A DNA stretch of 64,000 bases from Eledone cirrhosa (GCA_964016885.1 OZ024743.1:344224001-344288000), one strand, 5' to 3'; shown: positions 14,016 through 27,500, counted from the stretch's first letter. The notes: generated by a model from the sequence alone, not told the origin. Made by a program: numbers and translations.

Positions 14016-14637
14016 AAAGGCACATAGCATAAAGTTTTGGCTTTTCTGCAAAGACCTCGGGTTCTAAGTTAATATTAATGAAAGAATAACGTCAACCACA
14101 ATTACAACAACAACAGTCACAACAACAACAATTCTCGCAACAACAACTACAAAAGCAATCAAAGGCAAATTTCGTGTTTCCCGCTGGCAGATGAAAATCT
14201 TTGTTAGCCGACAACAATACATGACAACATATAAACATTTATATAAATGTTTGTGTGTGTGTATGTGTGTATATATATATATATATATATGTATACATGT
14301 GTGTGAGAGAATGTATGTGTGTGCACTTGCACAACATAATCTACGCAAATACACAGACACACGAAGACACATACACATATATATATATGTATATATGTAT
14401 ATATACAACCAACATGAACACACACATATATAGAATACACAATTATAAACGTATATACGCACATTTCATTAATGAAAACCGACGAGTTTTCACATACCAG
14501 TTCTAATATTGTGTTTAAATGCATACACACACAAATTCACACAAAGCCGTGCACTCACGCACACACACAACATACAAATATATATGTATGTGTGTATGAA
14601 TATCATATATATATATATATATATATATATGAATATC

Positions 14638-14668
<31 letters not shown>

Positions 14669-14992
14669 AGTTTTTATATACGCACACACACACGTATGCG
14701 CATGCGCATACACTCACACACAAGCAACATATACATACATACACACATATATACATATAAACGCATTCATACTCACACACACACACATATATATTTATAT
14801 ATATATATAACATTTTACGTGTGCGAGGTTTTGTATTCCCGCTTACTTTTGCATATATCTATGTACTAATACACAAACATGTTTACTAAAGGAAAATGCT
14901 TCATATACGTACAACGTATAAAATAGTGAAAGATAAATAGATAACTACATATACATACATATATATACACACATACATACTTATATACATAC

Positions 14993-15030
<38 letters not shown>

Positions 15031-15067
15031 CAGACTCACACACAAACAAACATATATAAGCAGAGAG

Positions 15068-15106
<39 letters not shown>

Positions 15107-15476
15107 GTGAGGGAGGGAGGGGAGGGAGAGAAAGATGGGGTGATAATACAAATACATACATACATATACATATAGATAAATAGAGAGACGGTTAGATATA
15201 AATGAAAATAGAGAGAAATATAATAAGGGGATAAGAGAAAGCTAGACTTTAGAGCCGGAGAGAATGTGAGATAAAGGGAAGTATTGCAAAACAAACACAC
15301 AAAAATAGAATACACTGAGGAAATTGAAGACAATACTGGCTGTAACACGCATATTAAAATGGCCTTCCGTGACTTGGCTAAATGACGGTGTTATACATCG
15401 AGGCAGATGTGCTGCTAAGAAAAAAGATTTGGTTGTGGCAACCATCTTGTTTCACGCAGGAAACAGTATTAACCTT

Positions 15477-15525
<49 letters not shown>

Positions 15526-15571
15526 AAACATATATATATTTATATGTATGTAATATGTATATATATATAAT

Positions 15572-15622
<51 letters not shown>

Positions 15623-15668
15623 AAACATATATATATTTATATGTATGTAATATGTATATATATATAAT

Positions 15669-15739
<71 letters not shown>

Positions 15740-15790
15740 ATATATATATTTATATGTATGTATTATGTATATATATAATATATATATATA

Positions 15791-15866
<76 letters not shown>

Positions 15867-15986
15867 ATATGTATATATATATAAATATATTTTTATATAA
15901 AGATATATATATATTTACACACACACACACACATAGTGTGAGAGTGTATTTATACAGATATAAATAAATAAATAAATATATGTTTG

Positions 15987-16040
<54 letters not shown>

Positions 16041-16273
16041 TGTGTGTGGGGAAAATATATATGATTATCGTGATCATGATCATAATCATCATCATCCATT
16101 TTGTCTATGTTTATTTTACCTGTGTATTTTCCGTTTTTTCTATTTTTTTACTGTATATAGTCAAAACGTAGATTCTGCAGCATAATTTGCAATTGTAAAA
16201 GATTGTATAATTCGGAAACTCACTTCAAGTGAAGTCCGTGCATAGAATATTGTTCTTGGCTGGATAGACATAC

Positions 16274-16315
<42 letters not shown>

Positions 16316-16496
16316 GCATGTTTGTATTTTATTCGTATATTGTTTGCATATCAAGGAAATAGTTCTTTTAATATCTATCCATGTCTTGTGATTCTGATTC
16401 TTCTCATTGTTGTTGCTGTTGTCGTCGTCGCTGAACGTTTGTTTACATTTAATATTATATATTTATATGCATATTTGCAAGTATATATACGTTTAC

Positions 16497-16682
<186 letters not shown>

Positions 16683-16900
16683 CGATGGACACATGTGCTG
16701 AGCTCGCTCGGTAAGTTTTTGTTTAAATTCATACGGAAATTGTAAACTGTAAACTTTCATTTTTGTATCATTTTGTAGAGGGACTGCCAGGTCAAATTTT
16801 GATCTGGTCGGTCTCTCAAAATATTCTGCGCCTTTGGGCGAAATAGTATTGTGAACATTTTATCTTTCGAAAAACTTCGAAAAACCCTATTTTGATAAAA

Positions 16901-17080
16901 ATGGCTGAAGCATCTTCACCATCAATCAAAGAAGGAAAGGGGAAGTCATACTCACAGCTTCCCCCTGCCACTGTCACAGCAGCAGATGCCAAAGGCAGAG
17001 GTCAGAGAGAGGAAGAATTGTCTTCACCTGTTGACCGACCACTAGATGTAGCCACAACTACACAAGAATTTGAAAACAAC

Positions 17081-17111
<31 letters not shown>

Positions 17112-18755
17112 GCAACAATAAAGACAACAAAAACAACAACAACACAAACGTCACAAGTATCCACACACGAAACGAGAAAGACAACAACAACAACAAAGAT
17201 GAAAACAACTCAAACGACGAGAAACAAAACAATACTAATATCCAAAACGAAAACAAAATATCTTTTGCACAAACGGCTAAATTATCAGTCGCTTATGTGC
17301 TGGAAGATATTTCAAAAGCAAAAGAAATGCTGGAAAAAGCCAAGAAATATGTGTCTTTTGGCGAAAACGGATCGTTTTCTATACATTCACCTCCGGAGCT
17401 AAAAAGACAGACGGAATTACGAACTGTCGTATTCCGAACAATTTTAAATAAAACAAAGAAACCAGCGCAACCATCTCAAGCGGAAACTCAGTTAGTCTTG
17501 AAAGACGCGATGAGAGACATCACTTTCATACAAAAGGATAAACTCTATGGGAGTTTATCCATATTGATGAAAGACGAATTGGCGGCAAAAAAATACTCTG
17601 TGTCGCCAATTCGGTCCACACACTACACCTTCTTCCCCACCTACATGGGTAAAAAAACCCAGAGGATATGGATAACCACCATCACCCCAAACATAAACTA
17701 CTGGTGGTTACTAACCGGTTTCCTCAATTTAGACGAGGACAACCTCATCTCAATAGGGAAGGCATCCGGCGACGCGTTCAGTGGAACGAGCCTCGAAGTT
17801 CTGACCCAAATAAGGCCAGAACGCATCGCCCAAATCCCTGAGCGCGTCATGCTGGATGACCGTACCCACCTCAACATTATTGTGGAGGGTAGGCGTCCCT
17901 CCTGTTACCTCTGTTGCAATAGAGGTCACCTGAGGGCTGCCTGTCCCCAGCTCACACAGAAAAAAACACTGCTACCAACACCAACACCACCCCAACTACA
18001 ACAACAAAAACAACCACAACAACAACAAAAACCAACAACCCCACCACCACCACCACAACAACAACAACAACAAACACGTGAAAAAATAACACAGAATACT
18101 GTCCCACCCAATCCCTCCCCACCCAAAACAAATACAAAAACACGCACACCGCAAACACTACCAGAAAACATACCCCTCCCACCCAACAAGGAAGACGAAC
18201 CTCTTTCGTCGCAAGACGAAAAAGATCCCTTCCAACAAGTAAAAAGAAAGAAGAGGAGACGCACCACAGACACACATGTTAACTTTAACCCCCCCCCAAG
18301 AGAACACAAACTACACACAAACCACCCCTCCCTGTCACACAACACTAACTGCTACACAAAAAAAGACCTTACAATACACATACATGAACACAGACAACAA
18401 AGAATTACGGAAAACAATTTCAGCAAACCCTTCGGTCCAAACTGAAGGGCCAAACTTTATAACTGCTGTGGGACTACCTCATTTGAAAATGATAAAAGTC
18501 CCAATGCACTTGTACAAAACACTGAAAATAAATTTCACGGAGGACGTGGGCCCCCCCTGCGCCAAACCAATCAACCGCGTCCTCCTAAAAAATTTCACCC
18601 CCCCACCCCACCCAGACACCCACTCAACGACAAACACCCCAACCCCACAACACACCGATGCCCCTTCACTTCCACAAACCACCACCCCACCCAACAACCC
18701 ATCCCCAACCAGCATGGAAATTGAGCGGCCCGTTTCCCGGGACGCAGAGAGGTAA
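16901..18755 (+). pseudogene. ORF1 (gag-like nucleic-acid-binding protein), variant A, frameshifted near the C-run at ~18288-18297
   Basis: MAEASSP start, poly-Asn, CYLCCNRGHLRAAC (CX2CX4HX4C) and KRKKRRR. The C-terminal part homologous to copy 2 continues in another frame (ORF track 18276-18755). Confidence 0.88.
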
Positions 18756-18779
18756 GTGCCTTTTCTCTTTACCACCAAC

Positions 18780-21700
18780 ATGGCTGTGCTAAGAGTAGGG
18801 TGTCTAAATGCGCGTGGCCTGGGCTCGTCTTGGAAGCAAGCAATGCTTCTAAATGACCTCAGGTCACAATCTATAAATGTGATGGTTATCTGCGAGGCCC
18901 GGATCAGCAGCATGCGACAGCTAGCCCCCACCTTTGACGACTTTGAGATGCACGCATCTCTCTGTCAGCCCGGAGGTGGGGGTGGGGTTGTCGTTCTGCT
19001 GCAAAAACATATGGGCCTTGCAACACAGATAGTTCACTTGGACCCAGGGGGTCGACTGGTGGTGCTGGACCTTGGCAGTGGTGAAGGTAGAGCCCTTAGG
19101 CTGATAGCCGCATATGCCCCTTTTGGGACAGAGCGGCCCGACTTTTTCCAGCGTCTGGAGTCTTTTCTAGGGACGTCTCGTTCCCTGCTTTTAGTGGGGG
19201 ATTGGAATGGTATCCTGGATGCACGTTGGGACTATGCAGGGGCATGTCCCGATAGAGAGGGGTGCAACAGCCTCAAGGGGTTACTCGGCCGATTTGACCT
19301 GGCCGATAGATTTCGACTAGATTTTCCGACGGTGCCAACCTGGTCTTGGTCAAATCGCAGCGGATCATCTAGATCGTACCTAGATAGATTTTTAGTTAGA
19401 AATAAGGACAGGGACTTTTTAAGTTGTCCAGAAATGCTCATGGTTGGCTATTCAGACCACAAGTTGGTGACCTGCATGGTCAACCTTGATAGAACGCATA
19501 GACAGGGCCCCGGTTACTGGAAGCTCAACTTGTCCTTGCCGGCAAGTAGAGCCTACAGGAATCGGATTAGTACGTTAGTTAAGGAACGGTTGACTGGAGC
19601 GATCGTCAACAGCAGGTGGTGGGTATCTCTAAAGAGAGAGATTAGAGTAGTCTCGATTGAATTTAGTAAGGTTCTAGCTGCGGATAGGAATAGGAAGGAA
19701 AGGGAGCTAATAGATAGAGTAGAAGAGGCAATTAGAAGCGGCGACGTGGCCAGAGTGCTAGCGTCGAGAACGGCTTTGAGCCAGTTTTTCGACGCGAAGC
19801 ACGAAGGCTGCGTTGTCCGAAGTAAAATACGTGCTCTAGGGAACGAGGGGGCCAAAGCTGTTAGCTGGACCCGCGTGACAGAGGCCAACAGTGGAACTAA
19901 ATCCACCATCCGGTCGTTGCGAGACCTGGATGGACGGGCGATTCTTGAGCCTAAGCAGATGTGTGAGGCCTTTCAAAGGCACTTTGCCCGACTGTTCGGG
20001 AGGGGCGGGGAGCCGGTTGGAAACGTGGACTTCGGTCCATACCTCGACGGCCTGCCGCGCCTCTCGGACAGGGAGGCGAAGTCTTGCGAGGAGCCGATTT
20101 CGGCCGCTGAGATAGAGGACGTGCTGGGCCAATGCGGCAAACGCAAATCCCCGGGTCTCGATGGTCTTCCTTACGAATTATATCTAGCTATGCCGGACTT
20201 GTTCCCCGATCTCCTCGAGGCGGTCTACTGCAACTGGCAACAGAACGGGAGAATTCCCTGTACTGTGACCAAGGGCGTAGTCACGCTAGTGAGGAAGGAC
20301 GAGAACAAGGGGGACGAAATAAGTAACTTCAGGCCCATAACTCTGCTAAATACAGAGTTACAGATTTTGGCCAAGGTGCTAGCAAAGAGGTTGGCGCTTG
20401 TCGTGGGCAACCTGGTGGGAGATGCGCAGACATGCGCTATCCCGTCCAGGTCCATCCATGACAACCTCCACCTCATGCGATACATCATAGAGAGGGTTGG
20501 GAACGAACCCGGCTTTGGTGGGGCTCTGATCAACTTGGATCAATCTAAGGCGTTCGATAGGGTCGACCATGGTTACCTGAATGCGGTGCTAGCGGCGGCA
20601 GGCTTCGGACCCGTTTTCAGGGGCTGGATCACTGCTATGCACAGCAGCCGCATCTGCTCTAGGGTCAAGGTGAACGGCTACCTCTCGGAGCCGTTCAAAA
20701 TCGCGCGGTCCATCCGACAAGGGTGCCCTCTCTCCTCCCTTCTGTATGTGTTGACTCTCGAGCCACTACTGCGGAAGTTGGAGTTGTTGCAGGGCATCCC
20801 TTTGGAACCGGAAAGCGGTGTCGGCCTACGCCGATGATGTGACAGTAATGGTGTCGACGGCCTCCGAAATCGAGGCGGTCGGCACCTTACGGGAGGAGTA
20901 CGAAAAGTTCACAGGGGCTAAGCTGAACCGGGACAAGTCGATCGGTTTGCAACTCGGCACGTGGAGGGGCAGACCGATGCCCTCCGATGGCGTCGTCGGA
21001 CGCTGGACGGAGGGCCCGGTGAAGTTGCTCGGGGTCTGGTTCGGACCGGACCTCCAGGTGGAGAAAAACTGGGCGGAGGTTACGAACAGGGTGTTTGCAC
21101 TGACCCAGAAGTGGGCCAGTTGCAAACTATCCCTGAAAGGTCGGGCGGAGGTGGCGAACACTTATATAGCGTCCGTCATCTACTACCGCCTGACCGTAGT
21201 GCCCTGCCCAAGGGAAACCCTCACCAAGATGGAGCGCGCGCTCTTCCAATTCCTTTGGAAGGGGCGGGCTCCTATGGTGAGGAGATCCATCTGCTGTCAA
21301 CACCCTTCGAAAGGAGGGCTGGGGATGCCGTGGCTAATGATGCGTAAACACGCATTAAGGCTACGGCACCTCTACGTATTCCTCACCGGACAACCGGTGT
21401 GGGCCTCGTTTGTGAGACGAACCTTTCCCAGACTCGTCTCACTCACCGAGCTGCAATCCTGGGTCAAGCAAAGACCGAGAAAACTGGGCGCCTGGCACAC
21501 TGAGTGTGCCCAGGCGCTCACCGCCCTCTGGCAGGCGGATCCGGTTATCAGTGGAGACTCCACCGCAACATTCTATAGAGGGCTGGTACGCAGCAGGTGC
21601 GACGACGCCCTCGGAGAAGCCCTAGACATGGAGGAGGACGAACTGGCCAGCCTGTTCGGTAGGACATTCAGCCCGGGACCTATGGACAACTTCCAGAAGT

Positions 21701-22209
21701 CCCTGGCCTGGCAGTGCTACCGAGGGGCTTTACCCGTTCGAGAAAGGCTCTACAGACACGGGCGCCCGGGTAGGGACCCCGCCAAAAAGATCTGTCCCAG
21801 ATGCGTGTGCGACGAGGAAACCGTTGCACACGCATTGGTACACTGCTCGGGCGTAGCCGATCTGTGGGGCTATGTCGAACAACTGCTGTCAAGGGTGGGA
21901 CCGATCCGGTTGACCACCGAGTCTATTGTAATGATCAAGCCGCCTCCCCCCTTCAAAGATGAAGCAGAGGCGGTGTTTCTGTGCGTAATAGCCATGGCGA
22001 AAGAGGTTGTATGGTGGACGCGTCTGAAAGGACTGAGGTCAGGCACCTTTCTCTCTGGCCAACAACTGGTCCGTTTCTTCCGATATCATTTCGGAAGAAG
22101 GATCAGGATGGAGAGAGAGGTGCTGCACCCCAGTCGTTTTTATGAAAGGTGGGTGAAAGTGGCGAGAATGGCCCGTGTGAATGGGCCTTCTTTTTACATA
22201 AGCCTGTAG
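18780..22209 (+). pseudogene. ORF2 (AP endonuclease, reverse transcriptase, C-terminal zinc finger) broken by an 8-bp deletion at ~20810
   Basis: Motifs LNARGL, GDWN, YLDRF, SDH, KSPGLDGL, FRPITLLN, DQSKAFDRV, RQGCPLS, YADD and CPRC...HALVHC. It lacks GATTGCGG relative to copy 3. Confidence 0.93.
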
Positions 22210-22706
22210 GTGGAAAAGAGGAAGGAACGAGGGAGCACCCCCTCTCTGTGCTCCTGAGGAAAAGGGTTGCACACTTTTTTCGGGGGTGTGTGCGACCCCC
22301 CAAGGCGCCTCCTCTCTATTGAGGATTTTGTTAAAAATTTTATTTTTGTTATATCTTATTTTATTTTTATATTTTGTTATTGCCTCCTCCTTATTGAGGA
22401 CGCCTTTTTTGTGTAAACTCCCCCCTTTGTACTTGTCCCACTTTTGATGCCCTAGTGGCAAATAAAAGAAACTTATCTATCTATCTATCTCTGGGATGGA
22501 CACACGCGTATAACTTGCTGAGTAAGTTCTGTTTAAATTTCTATAGAAATTCTTGTCTGATAACTTTAATTTTTGTACCATTTTGTAGAGGGACTGCCAG
22601 GTCAAACTTTGATCTAGTCAGTCTCTCAAAATATTCTACGCCTTTAGGCGAAATAGTTAAACAAAAAAAAAAAGTTTTTTCTTGTTGAAAAGTCAATATT
22701 TTTTAA

Positions 22707-24503
22707 ATGGCCGAAGCTTCTTCACCAAAATTCGAAGGAGGAAAGGGGAAGATGAACTTACAGCTTCCCCCTGCCACTGTCACAGTAGCAGAGGTCAAGA
22801 AGAAAGGTCAGCCAGAGGAAGAATTCTCTCCACCTGTTAACCGACAACTTGACGTTGCCATGGCAACAACCCAAAGAATCAGCAGCAACAGCAACAACAA
22901 CAACAATGCGACGGACGAAAACAACACCAATAACAATAACAATAACAACAACAACAACAACAAGACCAATAACGGTGACAACAACAACAATGATAACAAC
23001 AACACCACTAACGACAACAACAACACAAACAAACAAAATTTCTCCTTCGCCGAGACGACAAGGAAAACCCTCGACTATCTGCCAGTAGATATAACAAAAG
23101 CGAAGGAGCTACTGGCGGATGCGAAAAAATATATAGTGTACGGGGAAAATGGTTCATTCACAATCCATTCCCCCCCGGAACTAAAAAGCCAGAGACTCCT
23201 AAACACGGTCATGTTTAGGACAATCTCGAACAAAAGTAAAAAACCAGCTCAACCATCACAGAGCGAGATAGAGCTGGTTTTAAAAGACGTCATGAAGGAC
23301 ATCACCTTCATTCAGAAGGATAGACTCTACGGGAGTCTATCCATTCTCATGAAGGACAGGGACACAGCAGTGAAACTGTCCATCAAACCAATCACATCCA
23401 CCGCATACACCTTCTACCCTACGTACATGGGTAGAAGAACACAAAAAATAAAAATCCACACCATCCTGCCGATTATAGACATATGGTGGGTTTTGACAGG
23501 TTTTCTGGACCTGGAGGATGACATGCTGGTGTCCATGGGAAAGGCATCGGGTGACGCGTTCAGTGGAACGAGCCTCGAACTTGTAGTTCAAATGAGGCCC
23601 GAAAGGATCGCCCAGATCCCTGAACGCGTCATACTGGATGATCTAACCTTCATCAACATTACCGTTGAGGGTAGACGGCCCTCGTGTTACCTCTGCGGAA
23701 CCAGAGGTCACCTGAGGGCTGTCTGTCCCCAACTTAATAAGAAAACCCCAATCCTGCCTACACCACCAACAACTGCACAACCAACACAATCACCACAACT
23801 ACCACTACAAAAACAACCACCACAGCTCAAACCAAAACAAAACAATGTCCAACCCATCCCCTCCACTCAAAAAACAAAAACAATTTCCAAAACACCCGTA
23901 CCGCAAACACAACCCGAAAATATACCCCTCCCTTCCAACGCGGAAGATGACCCTAGTTCGTCGTCAGACGAGGAGGAGCACTTCCACACAATCAAAAGAA
24001 AAAAAAGAAAACACACCTCAGACACACAAATGAAAAAAAACCCTCCCCAAAACATAACACTGACACCAACACAAAAGAGCTCACAACAGCAAACAAAAAA
24101 CACCACACAAAAACAAAAACATGCATACACATACATAAATACAAGAAACAAAAAACTGTTAAACATTGTGTACAACAACAATCTAATAAAAACACAAGGG
24201 CCTAACTTCACCCAGGCAGGGGATTTCCCCCACCTCAAAATGATTAAGGCTCCACAGGACACCTATAAAACTTTAAAAAACAATTTTAAAGAGGACGTGG
24301 GTCCCCCCTGCGTCGGGCCCATTAACCGCGTCCTCCTAAAAAACTATCCCACCCCCTCCCCAAACACCCACACAACTCCAAGCTCCCCAACCACACAACA
24401 CACTGATGCCCCCACACTTCCACAAACCACCACCCCACCCAACAACCCATCCCCCACCCTAATGGAAATTGTGCAGCCCGATACCCGGGACGCAGAGAGG
24501 TAA
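22707..24503 (+). CDS. ORF1 protein, variant B (598 aa), CCHC zinc knuckle
   Basis: Intact ATG..TAA frame with CYLCGTRGHLRAVC, a poly-Asn N-terminal tract and a KRKKRK basic patch. Confidence 0.9.
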   Translation: MAEASSPKFEGGKGKMNLQLPPATVTVAEVKKKGQPEEEFSPPVNRQLDVAMATTQRISSNSNNNNNATDENNTNNNNNNNNNNNKTNNGDNNNNDNNNTTNDNNNTNKQNFSFAETTRKTLDYLPVDITKAKELLADAKKYIVYGENGSFTIHSPPELKSQRLLNTVMFRTISNKSKKPAQPSQSEIELVLKDVMKDITFIQKDRLYGSLSILMKDRDTAVKLSIKPITSTAYTFYPTYMGRRTQKIKIHTILPIIDIWWVLTGFLDLEDDMLVSMGKASGDAFSGTSLELVVQMRPERIAQIPERVILDDLTFINITVEGRRPSCYLCGTRGHLRAVCPQLNKKTPILPTPPTTAQPTQSPQLPLQKQPPQLKPKQNNVQPIPSTQKTKTISKTPVPQTQPENIPLPSNAEDDPSSSSDEEEHFHTIKRKKRKHTSDTQMKKNPPQNITLTPTQKSSQQQTKNTTQKQKHAYTYINTRNKKLLNIVYNNNLIKTQGPNFTQAGDFPHLKMIKAPQDTYKTLKNNFKEDVGPPCVGPINRVLLKNYPTPSPNTHTTPSSPTTQHTDAPTLPQTTTPPNNPSPTLMEIVQPDTRDAER

Positions 24504-24527
24504 GTGCCTTTTCTCTTCACCACCAAC

Positions 24528-27500
24528 ATGGCTATGCTAAGAGTAGGCTGTTTAAATGCGCGTGGCCTGGGCTCAACTTGGAAGCAAGCAATGCTTCTAA
24601 ATGACCTCAGGTCACAACGTATAGATGTGATGGTTATTTGCGAGGCCCGGATCAGCAACGTGCGACAGCTGGCCCCCACCTTTGATGACTTTGAGATGCA
24701 CGCATCTCTCTGTCAGCCCGGAGGTGGGGGTGGAGTTGTCGTTCTGCTGCAAAAACATCTGGGTCTCGCAACACAGATGGTACATTTGGACCCGGAGGGT
24801 CGACTAGTGGTTCTGGACCTTGGCAGTGGTAAAGGCGGAGCGTTTAGGTTGGTAGCCGCCTACGGCCCTTTCGGGTCAATGCGGCCGGACTTCTTCCATC
24901 GTCTGGAGACTTTTCTGGGGACGTCCCGCTCCTTGCTATTAGTGGGGGACTGGAATGGTATCCTAGATGCACGCTGGGACTACGTAGGGGCCTGCCCCGA
25001 TAGAGAGGGGTGTAATAGCCTCAAAGGGTTAATCGGTCGATTTGACCTGGCCGATAGATATCGACTAGATTTTCCGACTGCGCCAACCTGGACTTGGGCA
25101 AATCGTAGCGGATCATCTAGGTCGTACCTAGATAGGTTCTTAGTTAGAATTAAGGATAAGGACTTTTTAAGTTGTCCAAAAATGTGCATGGTTGGCTATT
25201 CAGACCACAAATTAGTGACCTGCATGGTCAACCTTGACAGAACTCATAGACAGGGCCCCGGTTACTGGAAGCTCAACTTGTCCTTGCCGGCAAGTAGAGC
25301 CTACAGGAATCGGATTAGTACGTTAGTTAAGGAACGGTTGACTGGAGCGATCGTCAACAGCAGGTGGTGGGTATCTCTAAAGAGAGAGATTAGAGTAGTC
25401 TCGATAGAATTTAGTAAGGTTCTAGCTGCGGATAGGAATAGGAAGGAAAGGGAGCTAATAGATAGAGTAGAAGAGGCAATTAGAAGCGGCGACGTGGCCA
25501 GAGTGCTAGCGTCGAGAACGGCTTTGAGCCAGTTTTTCGACGCGAAGCACGAAGGCTGCGTTGTCCGAAGTAAAATACGTGCTCTAGGGAACGAGGGGAC
25601 CAAAGCTGTTAGCTGGGCCCGCGTGACAGAGGCCAACAGTGGAACTAAATCCACCATCCGGTCTTTGCGAGACCTGGATGGACGGGCGATTCTTGAGCCT
25701 AAGCAGATGTGTGAGGCCTTTCAAAGGCACTTTGCCCGACTGTTCGGGAGGGGCGGGGAGCCGGTTGGGAACGTGGACTTCGGTCCATACCTCGACGGCC
25801 TGCCGCGCCTCTCGGACAGGGAGGCGAAGTCCTGCGAGGAGCCGATTTCGGCCGCTGAGATAGAGGACGTGCTGAGCCAATGCGGCAAACGCAAATCCCC
25901 GGGTCTCGATGGTCTTCCTTACGAATTATATCTAGCTATGCCGGACTTGTTCCCCGATCTCCTCGAGGCGGTCTACTGCAACTGGCAACAGAACGGGAGA
26001 ATTCCCTGTACTGTGACCAAGGGCGTAGTCACGCTAGTGAGGAAGGACGAGAACAAGGGGGACGAAATAAGTAACTTCAGGCCCATAACTCTGCTAAATA
26101 CAGAGTTACAGATTTTGGCCAAGGTGCTAGCAAAGAGGTTGGCGCTTGTCGTGGGCAACCTGGTGGGAGATGCGCAGACATGCGCTATCCCGTCCAGGTC
26201 CATCCATGACAACCTCCACCTCATGCGATACATCATAGAGAGGGTTGGGAACGAACCCGGCTTTGGTGGGGCTCTGATCAACTTGGATCAATCTAAGGCG
26301 TTCGATAGGGTCGACCATGGTTACCTGAATGCGGTGCTAGCGGCGGCAGGCTTCGGACCCGTTTTCAGGGGCTGGATCACTGCTATGCACAGCAGCCGCA
26401 TCTGCTCTAGGGTCAAGGTGAACGGCTACCTCTCGGAGCCGTTCAAAATCGCGCGGTCCATCCGACAAGGGTGCCCTCTCTCCTCCCTTCTGTATGTGTT
26501 GACTCTCGAGCCACTACTGCGGAAGTTGGAGTTGTTGCAGGGCATCCCTTTGGAACCGGAAAGCGGTGTCGGCCTACGCCGATGATGTGACAGTAATGGT
26601 GTCGACGGCCTCCGAAATCGAGGCGGTCGGCACCTTACGGGAGGAGTACGAAAAGTTCACAGGGGCTAAGCTGAACCGGGACAAGTCGATCGGTTTGCAA
26701 CTCGGCACGTGGAGGGGCAGACCGATGCCCTCCGATGGCGTCGTCGGACGCTGGACGGAGGGCCCGGTGAAGTTGCTCGGGGTCTGGTTCGGACCGGACC
26801 TCCAGGTGGAGAAAAACTGGGCGGAGGTTACGAACAGGGTGTTTGCACTGACCCAGAAGTGGGCCAGTTGCAAACTATCCCTGAAAGGTCGGGCGGAGGT
26901 GGCGAACACTTATATAGCGTCCGTCATCTACTACCGCCTGACCGTAGTGCCCTGCCCAAGGGAAACCCTCACCAAGATGGAGCGCGCGCTCTTCCAATTC
27001 CTTTGGAAGGGGCGGGCTCCTATGGTGAGGAGATCCATCTGCTGTCAACACCCTTCGAAAGGAGGGCTGGGGATGCCGTGGCTAATGATGCGTAAACACG
27101 CATTAAGGCTACGGCACCTCTACGTATTCCTCACCGGACAACCGGTGTGGGCCTCGTTTGTGAGACGAACCTTTCCCAGACTCGTCTCACTCACCGAGCT
27201 GCAATCCTGGGTCAAGCAAAGACCGAGAAAACTGGGCGCCTGGCACACTGAGTGTGCCCAGGCGCTCACCGCCCTCTGGCAGGCGGATCCGGTTATCAGT
27301 GGAGACTCCACCGCAACATTCTATAGAGGGCTGGTACGCAGCAGGTGCGACGACGCCCTCGGAGAAGCCCTAGACATGGAGGAGGACGAACTGGCCAGCC
27401 TGTTCGGTAGGACATTCAGCCCGGGACCTATGGACAACTTCCAGAAGTCCCTGGCCTGGCAGTGCTACCGAGGGGCTTTACCCGTTCGAGAAAGGCTCTA

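Larger units (their letters stand above)
16683..22472 (+). mobile_element. Tx1-like L1-clade non-LTR retrotransposon, copy 1 (full length; ORF1 and ORF2 each frameshifted)
   Basis: Starts with GATGGACACA, carries an ORF1 with a CCHC knuckle and an ORF2 of APE-RT-CCHC type, and ends AATAAAAGAAAC followed by (TATC)n. Confidence 0.95.

Noticed and set aside
20800-20840. Programmed frameshift splitting ORF2 in copies 1 and 2
   Set aside because: Copy 3 shows it is a simple 8-bp deletion (GATTGCGG) between CGG microhomologies, shared by duplication.
22210-22447. An open 78-codon frame in the 3' UTR with a transmembrane-like stretch ([27 protein letters not shown]) that would join ORF1 if the TAG|G acceptor were used, resembling an env-like tail
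   Set aside because: The same splice gives an immediate TGA in intact copy 3 and an unrelated peptide in the 52-kb copy. T-rich UTRs translate as hydrophobic by chance.
19232-22461. Antisense and alternate-frame ORFs inside the LINE, repeated in each copy
   Set aside because: These are shadow ORFs of GC-richer coding sequence, and their recurrence only reflects copy identity.
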